Source: Octopus vulgaris (Eukaryota). From it: a DNA stretch of 64,000 bases. The notes below the pieces were generated by a model, which worked only from the letters and a program-made list of their open reading frames with translations, searched no databases and was not told the DNA's origin. This document shows positions 53,831 through 64,000 of the stretch, one piece after another. The position numbers were made by a program, and so were the translations under genes. Location: assembly GCA_951406725.2 (NCBI GenBank), contig OX597823.1, forward strand, positions 46,314,001 through 46,378,000. Direction: 5' to 3'. How positions within the stretch are numbered: the first letter of the stretch is position 1; each line of letters opens with the position of its first letter.

Positions 53831-54009
53831 CGTTTAAATATTTGTTGTGCAAGATTTTTTATGTGAAGTCGTGTGTTGAAACAGATATTGTTATATTTCA
53901 GAATGGTCATTTTGCCAGTTTAGCCAATAAAAACACACGCACTATATATTTGGTGTTATTTTGCTTCAGTGTTATTTATTTTTTTAGATTAATCTTAATC
54001 TTAATTCGG

Positions 54010-54049
54010 CCAGAGTTCTTTCGTCACACTCCTGTGACCGCATCAGTGG
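54010..54049 (-). ncRNA. Putative minimal hammerhead ribozyme (A9C variant)
   Basis: Minus: CCA CUGAUGC G GUCACA GGAG UGUGAC GAAA GAAC UC/UGG; perfect 6-bp stem II; within the (TA)n-flanked element ~53830-54420. Confidence 0.6.
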
Positions 54050-54699
54050 TCCTTTGTTTTCTTCTTTCTTATTTGTGTCTCTCCTTACTAACCGTCAGCC
54101 ATTTTGTATTTCTATTGTATGTCTTCATTTGCGTATGCTTATATCTCTATGTGCGTCTATGTTTATTTAGTGTATGTATGTGGGGGGATGCCTGTAATAT
54201 TTGTATCTTCTGTTTATATACGTTCATGTAATTCGTATTTTGTTTTTGTTGTTGTTTTTGTTTATTCTTATTTTGTTCATGTGTTTACATCCACTTATTA
54301 TCATTACATATGCTTGTATGTATGTATGTATAACAATAATACTAGTAATAATAATTATAAATCGAATCGAAAAAAAATATACATATATATAGTTATATAT
54401 GACCATCCCGAAATATAACAATATATATATATATATATATATGCATATATTCCAACTCTTTAAGTATTATATTCAAAATCTCACAGAAGACAACTTTAGT
54501 TTACGGCATCCTTGGAAAGATATAATAATCTACGAGTAAAACAATCGAAGACAATTTAAACGATTAATCTTGTCCCAAAATATATGGATGTGAATCTGTG
54601 TTAGAAATAATGAAAGGCTTTATATTTTTAAATTACAAATTTTGTAAATAAATTAATGAAATAAAGAAAGTTAACAAGAAAATGAATACCATTTATCTT

Positions 54700-54920
54700 T
54701 CTTCATTTACTTGTTTCATTCATTGGACTGTGGCCATGCTAGGGCACCACCTTGAAAAATTTTCAATCGAACAAATCGACCCCAGTACTTTCTTTTATGA
54801 AGCCTGGTGCTTATTAGGTTCCTTCTACTAAAGCGCTAAGTTACAGGCACGTAAATAAACCAACACCGGTAGCAAGTAGTGGCGGGAGGGACAAGCACAA
54901 ATGCACGCACGCACAAACAC
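54700..54920 (-). mobile_element. SINE family B tail; matching head probably at 55995-56140
   Basis: Reverse complement of the family-B tail and head. Confidence 0.72.
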
Positions 54921-54937
54921 ACACATAAACACACACA

Positions 54938-55020
<83 letters not shown>

Positions 55021-55033
<13 letters not shown>

Positions 55034-55398
55034 CCGTTCTGTCTGTGTGTGTCCTCTAGGACTTCGGGCATCCTCCATCCGATTGCGCTCAAATTTGATA
55101 TGTAGATACCGACGGTATCAGGGTGTGAATAAGTCTTGAAAAAATTACAAAAATCGATTCCAGGTGAGAATGCGATCAATAAAGCCGTGGGAACGTGCAT
55201 TTGTATGCGCGAGTACATCAGCTGTTGCGATCGATACTACACGTACGCGAGAAAAATGCACAGTGTCCCAAATTTAGGCTAAATCAGTGTTTCTCAAAGG
55301 CGAGGCCTATGGGTCGGTCGGACAAGTTGTTTTGAGAAAATTTGGTTTAAATATTTGACAACTCAGCACCGTCCATTGTACGGGGGACGTTTTGCTCG
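55021..55398 (+). mobile_element. Non-autonomous Helitron-like element
   Basis: TATATAAAATCCG start, 3' hairpin CGTCC..GGACG then CTCG|T (CTAG-like); homologue at 8262-8601. Confidence 0.72.
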
Positions 55399-55591
55399 TA
55401 TATATATATAAATAATGATCGCAGAAATTGTTAATAATTGATGGTTTGCTGGTTGGCATTGTGGAAGTTGTGATCTGCTGGAAGAGAGAGAAAGAATAAG
55501 GATTGCACTCTGCTGACAGAGAGAGAAAAGGTAAAGGATACATCGCCGCTTTGATTTGACCGAAAGGTACTCTTCGGTTGCCCACAGAAAG

Positions 55592-55674
<83 letters not shown>

Positions 55675-55783
55675 TTCAGCAAATTTAGATTCAGATGAAT
55701 ATGGTACTTAAGTTAAAGGCACTACAATTTGGTATGGTATTATCCATATAAATCAAATGGGTTGATTTTCTTATTTTGATTAT

Positions 55784-55880
55784 ATGGCTCAGTGGTTAGA
55801 GCGTCGAGCTTACGATCGTGAGGTTGTGAGCTCGAATCCCGGACCGGGCTGCGTGTTGTGTTCTCGAGCAAGGTACTTTA
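55784..55880 (+). mobile_element. 3'-truncated SINE family C head flanked by a ~55-bp duplication
   Basis: tggctcagtggttagagcgtcgagcttacgatcg..; duplicated ttggtatggtattatccatataaatcaaatgg..gattata on both sides. Confidence 0.8.
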
Positions 55881-55945
55881 CATTGTCAGTTCACTTTGGT
55901 ATGGTATTATCCATATAAATCAAATGGGGTGATTTTCTTATTTTG

Positions 55946-55996
<51 letters not shown>

Positions 55997-56300
55997 GCGG
56001 TTTCAGTTGTCGTCTAGGATTTCCATCGACAAGGTTTTAGCCAACCCGGGATTATAGTAGAAGGTTTTTGCCAAGATAATATGCAATGAGAGTGAACACG
56101 GAACTACGTGCTTGGGAAGCAAACTTTTCATCACATCTCCTCGCAGAAGCCAAATACGTATGACCATTATTTCGAAGTCATGCACCTTAGAGTTTTATTG
56201 TTGTTGTGGTTCTTGTTTTTGTTCTTGTTAAACTTGTTGTTTTTCTCCCTCAGAAACAATGATAGGTGTTGTCAAATGGAAAGGAGAGGAGGAAACATTG

Positions 56301-56347
<47 letters not shown>

Positions 56348-56544
56348 CAACAACATGACAAGGAGGAACATCTGCAGTAAGTCAACTGAGTGTTGTGCTG
56401 TTCCTGTTGAGTTGCCTGGGCTGCACTTTTTGGAGGGAGATCATTATCGATGGGACGGAGAAACGACGAAGCGGATACATGTTATCGAGCTCTGGAGGAT
56501 CGATCATGCTACTACTACTGCTGCTGCTGCTGCGTCTGGTGGAG

Positions 56545-57243
56545 AGGTGATGGTGATGGTGACAATGATACGATAATGGTGACGACGACGATGGTGGTGG
56601 TAGTGGTGGTGGTGGTGGTTGTGGTGGGGATGGTTCTGGTGGAGGCGGTTGTTCTGATAATGATGATGATGATAGTAAGGATGATGGCGATGGTGATAAA
56701 GGTAGTGGTGGTGGTGGTGGTGGTGTTGGTGGCGGCGGATTATGATGATAGTGATGATCGTGCTGGTAGTGGTGGTAGTGGTGGTGGTGGTGCTGGTGGT
56801 TGTGGTTATGATGATAATGAGGATGACGACGGTGATGATGGTAGTGGTGGTGGTGGTGGTGGTGACGATGATGATGGTGATAGTGGTAGAAGTTGTGGTG
56901 ATGATGATGATGATGATGATGGTGACGATGACGATGGTGATGGTAGTGGTGGTGGTGGTGGCTGTGGTGGTTGTGGTGGTGACGATGATGATGGTGATAG
57001 TGGTAGAGGCTGTGATTATGATGATGATGAGGAGGAGGAGGAGGATGGCGACGATGACGAAGGTGGTGGGGTGGGGTGGGGTTGACGATGATGATGGTGA
57101 TAGTGGTAGAGGTTGTGTTTATGATGATGATGAAGATGATGGTGACGATCATGATGGCGATAGTGGTAGAGGTTGTGGTCATGATGAGGATGAAGATGAT
57201 GGTGACGATGATGATGATAGTGGTGGTGGTGGTGGTGGTGGTG
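56545..57243. repeat. Cryptic (GGT/GAT)n low-complexity tract with a higher-order unit
   Basis: gacgatgatgatggtgatagtggtaga(a/g)g(t/c)tgt recurs at ~56864, 56981, 57084 and 57145. Confidence 0.85.
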
Positions 57244-57537
57244 CTGTTATTGACAGGAAGGAATGTTGTAATGTAGTAAGACAGATAATCATGGCAGATG
57301 TTTTGCTATTGAATATTGATTAAACGGGAATTATTATTTTAATTAGCGTTCCATTTGATATCAACAACGAACGAGATAATTGCTTCTACGCAGACACACC
57401 CATACGCGCATGCATGCATACAAACATACATACACATCCATATACACGCATGCATTCGCACGCAAGGACACGCGCACACACGCTCGCGATCACACACATA
57501 CATAGACATATAAACATGCATGTATATATATAAATAT

Positions 57538-57612
<75 letters not shown>

Positions 57613-57808
57613 CCATGACATACATAAATATAGGCAAATATTGATCGATATATATATATATATATATATATATGTATCCGTGTGTTTACATCTTTCCCAA
57701 GATATAGATATTAGTGTTTATAAATATATAAATAAAAACACGTACTCTCGTACTACACTCATACACACACTCTCTGTGTCTGTCACTCTGTCTGCCTGTC
57801 TGTCTCTG

Positions 57809-57841
<33 letters not shown>

Positions 57842-58089
57842 ATGTCACTCTCGTCTCTTTCTCTTGCACACACAAAAACAGGCAAACACTTATTATATAT
57901 GCTTGTATATCTGTGTGTGTGTTTGTCTGCCTATCTGCCAGACAGTCGGTATTTATCGTTATATATTAAAGACTATATCATAATCCACATTTGTATTTAT
58001 ATATATATGTATATACACGCATACGTAAGATATACATGCATACGTGCATTTATGTACAATATTAATTATTTATACACACACACACACAC

Positions 58090-58120
<31 letters not shown>

Positions 58121-58132
<12 letters not shown>

Positions 58133-58310
58133 TACATGGATACATACATAAACACGCATATGTATACAGTATGATATAACATATATGATATGAGATATAT
58201 ATGTGTGTGTGTGTATGTATATCATATAATATCATATAATATATATGTATAAGTTTGTGTGTGTGAATCCATGTATACCGCATACTATATATCATCATCA
58301 TCTATCTATC

Positions 58311-58342
<32 letters not shown>

Positions 58343-58732
58343 CATGGATACATACATACACACGCATATGTATACAGTATGATCTAACATATATGATATG
58401 ATATATATATGTGTGTATTTGCGTATGTGTGTATGTATATCATATAATATCATATAATATATATATATATGTATATGGTTGTGTGTGTGAATCCCTGTAT
58501 AACGTATACTATATATCATCATCATCTATATATATATATATATACATACACATACATGGATACATACATACACACGCATATGTATACAGTATGATCTAAC
58601 ATATATGATATGAGATATATATGTGTGTATGTGCGTGTGTGTGTATGTATATCATATAATATCATATAATATATATATGTATACGTTTGTGTGTGTGAAT
58701 CCATGTATACCGTATACTATATATCATCCTCA

Positions 58733-58735
<3 letters not shown>
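58121..58735. repeat. Three tandem ~210-bp units built from microsatellite-like sequence
   Basis: catacatggatacatacata.acacgcatatgtatacagtatgat..gaatcc.tgtata.cg.atactatatatcatc repeated three times. Confidence 0.9.
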
Positions 58736-58769
<34 letters not shown>

Positions 58770-59130
58770 AATTGTATTGTGTGAAGGATGTTTTATGCAC
58801 ACACACGCACACATATCCACACGGTTATCCACACTCACAAACACATACACGCACACCCACACATTCACACGAACACGCGCGCGCACGACTTTATTATTGC
58901 ATGAAGCATATGGTTTTAAACTGAGTTCCAATTTAATTAATGATTAATATTTTGAATTCCACAGTCAGAGACGAGTAAAGTGCATAAAATGAATGAAAGG
59001 GAAAAGCAAAAGAACTGCAAACAGCGTTTGCTATTTTACCATACTTTGTATGTATGGCCGGAAGTATGTAGATAGATAAGGAGCGACATAGACACGCAGT
59101 CACATATACATACATTCACATGCATTATAT

Positions 59131-59173
<43 letters not shown>

Positions 59174-59323
59174 TGTATATGTATGTATGTATGTGTGTGT
59201 CTGTATGTATGTGTATGTGTGTATATATATCTTTTAATACGCATACACATACATCCACATAAATCTATATGTCTAGTATATATGTATATGTAATCACATT
59301 CACACAGAAAATACGTATTCGTG

Positions 59324-59385
<62 letters not shown>

Positions 59386-59389
59386 TGTA

Positions 59390-59420
<31 letters not shown>

Positions 59421-59431
59421 GTATATGTATA

Positions 59432-59475
<44 letters not shown>

Positions 59476-59546
59476 CAGATATGTCACATGTGTAAGGTTC
59501 GCAATCATTATATCAACGTCAGTAGCTAGACTAATTATTACATGTT

Positions 59547-59581
<35 letters not shown>

Positions 59582-59784
59582 TATGATGGGATTGTTATTG
59601 GTCTATATTGTTAATTGATGTGAAAATATACCACAAGCTCTTGCAACAGGAAAGGCACTAAATATCAGCTTTTTTTTTAAGGATTTCGGTGTAATGTCGG
59701 CAGCAGCTAGAAATCACAATCAAAAGTCCTTCATATACTTTAACGTCTTAAGAAATGGTATTTTATAAAAGGTAATTTACTTTA

Positions 59785-59840
<56 letters not shown>

Positions 59841-59924
59841 ATAGTCACCGCTAGACGCTTTCGATTATAGGTATGTCATCTATGATTAACCTTGGGCTAA
59901 ACAGCACCCTATACATTCCACTTG

Positions 59925-60300
59925 TTTTAATGATTACAGTGCAGGCATTTTGGGGTACAACCTTCGAGAAATCTTTTCACGCGAATCGACCCCCAGAATT
60001 TAATTCTATCTTCAAAAAACATGCTATTTATTCTATCGGTCACTTTTGTCGAATCGCTAATTAACAGGGACGTAAATACAACAACACACGCATATGCACA
60101 CACACACACAAGCGCGCGCCCACACACACATACACACACTCACACACACACACGACATTCTTCTTTCAGCTTCCGTCTACCAAATCCACTCAGAAGGATT
60201 TGGTGGACTCGGAGCTGAAATAGAAGATACATGCCCAAGGACTGAACTTGGAACCATATGGTTGGGAAGCAAACTTCTTACGAAACACCGATGCCTGCAT
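59925..60300 (-). mobile_element. SINE family B, degenerate full-length
   Basis: Reverse complement of 50068-50500 with an internal (CA)n. Confidence 0.8.
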
Positions 60301-60569
60301 CTGCTTCATCGGAAAATTCTATCGGTGTGCTTGGAGAAACGATGAGAGTAACATTAAATGCATGTATAAACATATACCTCAAGAAACACATATCCCTCTG
60401 TGCATGATTGGATATCCAAAGCAGTGTGCTATTTTAAGTAATTTGCAGCGAAACTTAAACCAATAGATATAATGACGAACACAACTTGAGTATACTCAAA
60501 ATACAAAAGAAAAAGAATGACAGTAAAAGACACATAAAAGATCCCATATCAAGTAAACTATAAATTACA

Positions 60570-61100
60570 ATTCTGTCCATGACGAGCTGGTGCAGTTGTA
60601 GATTCATTGCACAAGAGTGTTGGGCGCGGCTGCTATCTACTCGAGAGGTTCGGGTCTTTTAGGTCACTGGTCCTCCCTGTCCCACTCTATTAATGTGAGA
60701 CTTGGACACTGTCCGGAGCCCTTAGGAGCCGCCTGAACTCCTCTGGTGCCAGAACGCTTCGCAGGATTATTGGTGAGTCCCCTTAGAAATTGGGATGCGT
60801 CCTGTTACCTGTACCATTCGGGAGCGCAAACTCTGACATTTTGTCCATGTTGCCCGATTTTTTCGATTTAGACCCCTCCTGCCGAGTTCTGTTCCTGTTC
60901 ACTGAGGATCTAGCTGGATTGACGGTTCATGTTGGTCGACTACATGTCACATGGTCATGACAGTTGTTGAAGTATCTCGCACTGATGGAGGTTGAGTGGG
61001 ACTCTGAATGATGGGTCACCCGTGTGGACCTGGGAACATACCGACAAATGGTGAAGACATCAACGCGCTGCTACGGCACAGGTCCCCATGCCTGACCCAT
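60570..61100 (+). mobile_element. RTE-clade LINE 3' fragment (decayed ORF C-terminus)
   Basis: RSLVLPVPLY*CETWTLSGALRSRLNS..LRRII and TIRERKL*HFVHVAR resemble the RTE motifs VLLYGCETW..LRRI and RLRWFGHV.R. Confidence 0.78.
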
Positions 61101-61349
61101 CTTCATGATTATAAGAACGAAAAAGGAAAGCAGGATGAAGAATAAAAATTAAGTATTTAGGGATATTAACGTGATGAAGTGATAAAGATTGACCATTTCC
61201 GCGGTTATCAACTGTTTACTTGAAAGGGATGTAAAGTAACCTCGGCCTGTTACAACAAAATATCTCGCTCAGTTCCACACAAGAATCTGCCTCTATACAA
61301 AGTTAATTTATGACTGTGTAACTTTTTAAGTCCCTTTTGAAACTTTTGG

Positions 61350-61398
<49 letters not shown>

Positions 61399-61483
61399 TA
61401 TTTTATATAACCACACATATACGTATCTATATGTATGCATACATAAATAATTCTTTTCTCTACATACGCAAATACATACATAG

Positions 61484-61542
<59 letters not shown>

Positions 61543-63057
61543 TTCGTGTGTAAATATTATGTATGTGCGTATATATGTATCTATAAAGCAAATTTTCAAA
61601 GGGGTGAGCCACGGCGAATTCAAATTAAAATTTTCATCTGGTACCTTTTTTTATCGCCGTAAAAAACAAGAAACCTTGCTACAGAATCACTGAAATCAAA
61701 ATTAGGGAACAGCGAAAAAAAACCCAGTCAAGTGTATATGGACTGTTCTGTTTCATTCTTTGTATTTTGACTAAACATTTCTTAAAACGAAGATCTTATA
61801 CTAGGATAAATGAATACTCAGCTCCAAATTTTATAGTGTCAAAAAAAAAAAAAAGAAAACGCAGGTCGAGTCCAGAAGGAATTTGTAAAATTAACAGATA
61901 TAACCTTAAAGATTATCACTGATTTAAGGACATCATTATTTCTGAATTGCCTGAAAATGAAAGAGAACATTTAGAAAGACTGAGTAATGCATATAAATGG
62001 TCCAGATATATAAAATATAAACCCACAAATTATAAGTAGTAAACACATGACAGAGTAAAAGTATTGTACCGAACTGTTTTAGGTATTGACATATATTACA
62101 GAGACATTGAAATTATTTGAACTACTGCATCATATAACAGCATGTTAACCTTAATACTAATTCTTAAAACATATCCTTCAAATTACTAATCCAAACAATG
62201 TCCTTACCTCGGTTTTGTATTTGTATTTGATCCAAACTTCAGCTTCCATGCTCTGCATTAAGATTGCAATAACTTCGTCGACACATCTATACAAGAATAA
62301 TTGACACATCCATACATCAAGAATAATTGACAGTTCTCGTCCATACACAAAAACAATTGTTAATTCTGCTATAGCATTTGCAACCAAGTCTAGTCGGCCG
62401 CAAACGTTGGCTAAAGGTACCAGAACAAAAAAAAAAGAAAGAAAGAAAATAAAGTGATTATATAGGGTTCCTAGGAAATATTACTCTTCTAATAGAAGCC
62501 GGGTTAAATATATTTTATTCCGCATTTTGCCATTTCTGCAGTAATAGCTTTCTTGCATCACAATTCGAATAGGAATCTCTCTAAGGCTCCAGTTGTTGCA
62601 TCGATGTATCCAATGTTAATTATAAAAGGGGGACATCCTTGACGACCCAATGATAAAAGGGAACATCCTTGACGACCCAAACGTGTAGATTGAAATGGTT
62701 CTGATGGGCAAATATATTTTATCTGATCTTAAATAATATGCCAGCGCTTATGCTAACGAAGCAGTTTTCGACAACGTAACCGAAGTCGTCTGCTTGCGTC
62801 TTTCTGACCACACAACTTACGAGCGCCAGCATCTTCCTGAACATCTTTGTCTTCCACCGAGTTATTGGTTAGAAATTATTAATACTTACTTGCCCATGTC
62901 CTTCACTGATCTGATCCCTACTTCATGACGTCTGGTATGTCGCCGGCAAACAAATCTGTCGTGTATACATTAACCACACATATTACAAGATTCAATTCAG
63001 GCGATTTGCCTAGATCGCTGTCAGCGATAGTTCAGCTATTATTATTCATTCTCAGCA

Positions 63058-63715
63058 AGGTAGCGAGCTGGCAGAATCGTTAGCAAGCCGGGCGAAATGC
63101 TTAGCAATATTTCACCTGCCGCTACGTTCTGAGTTCAAATTCCGCCAAGGTCGACTTTGCCTTTCATCCTTTCGGGGTCGATAAATTAAGCATCTGTTAC
63201 GCACTTGGTTCGATGTAATCGACTTAATCCGTTTGTCTGTCTTTGTTTGTCCTCTCTGTGTTTAGCCGCTTGTGGGTAGTAAAGAAATAGGTATTTCGTC
63301 AGTCGTAGCGATCTGAGTTCAAATTCCGCCGAGGTTGACTATGCCTTTCATCCTTTCGGGGGTCAATGAATTAGGTACCCGTGGAACACTGGGGTCGATG
63401 TAATCTGTTTCTTTATTACCCACAAAGGGCTAAACATAGAGGGGACAAATACGGACAGACAAACCGATTAAGACGATTATATCGACCCCAGTGCGTGACT
63501 GGTACTTAATTTATCGACCCCGAAAGGATGAAAGGCAAAGTCGACCTCGGCGGAATTTGATCCCAGAACGTAACGGCAGACGAAATACGGCTACGCATTT
63601 CGCCCGGCGTGCTAACGTTTCTGCCAGCTGGCCGCCTTAAACTGGGGTCGATGTAATCGACTATCCCCCTCGCCTCAAATTTCAAGCTTTGTGCCTATAG
63701 TAGAAAGGATTATTT
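63058..63715. mobile_element. Nested SINE family A cluster: plus-strand dimer with a minus-strand copy (63406-63640) inserted
   Basis: 18-bp TSD ACTGGGGTCGATGTAATC at 63388-63405 and 63641-63658. Confidence 0.9.
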
Positions 63716-64000
63716 GTTCTCAGCACTCACGATTCATTAACAAGAGCTTTGGCCAACCACAGATTTATGCCTCAAAGTTAATTTATTTTCTTCGGTCTGC
63801 CACTCGTTGTAAGCAGCTGAGCAAAATACCTTAAGAATGTTACACATATTTGCATGGAATCATTGGTATCATATTTGTGTGGAATCTTGTATCAGGACAC
63901 ACGCACTTTGTCTCTGACAACGTAACCATTATGCTTCGTGCTGAAGAAATGCGTCATACAATTCTTGTTGCTAGTACGTCAGTCGTGAAGCCTATACTAA

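Noticed and set aside
55540-55595. Possible HHR on minus (CCGAAGA..ACC UUUC GGUC AAA)
   Set aside because: No GAAA and no clear stems I and III; too degenerate to call.
62640-63000. Possible Tc1 N-terminal HTH remnant on minus (TNNSVEDK..SGR)
   Set aside because: One weak motif across a frameshift, and no TIR found.

Overview
This is an AT-rich, repeat-dominated animal genomic window, probably intronic or intergenic. The SINE repertoire and dense (TA)n/(CA)n/(AAT)n microsatellites suggest a cephalopod such as Octopus (inference, not verified). I recognise no host protein-coding exon, and most ORFs in the supplied track are microsatellite artefacts. Supported content: several tRNA-headed SINE families in many copies; a full-length but frameshifted mariner with TIRs and TA TSD (24158-25438); other decayed Tc1/mariner and pogo/Tigger transposases; an internally deleted Tx1/L1-type LINE (~27990-30360); CR1-like and RTE 3' fragments; non-autonomous Helitrons; and a tiny MITE. 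The most striking signal is a set of nine minimal type I hammerhead-ribozyme (HHR) motifs of the Penelope-associated kind (tiny or palindromic stem III), mostly in short elements at or inside (TA)n tracts. They include a tandem HHR dimer, a U3-A8 covariant core, and a tRNA-headed (Pol III) SINE-like element whose 3' tail carries a canonical CUGAUGA hammerhead (20787-21043, minus). All folds and alignments were done by eye, and repeat boundaries are approximate.
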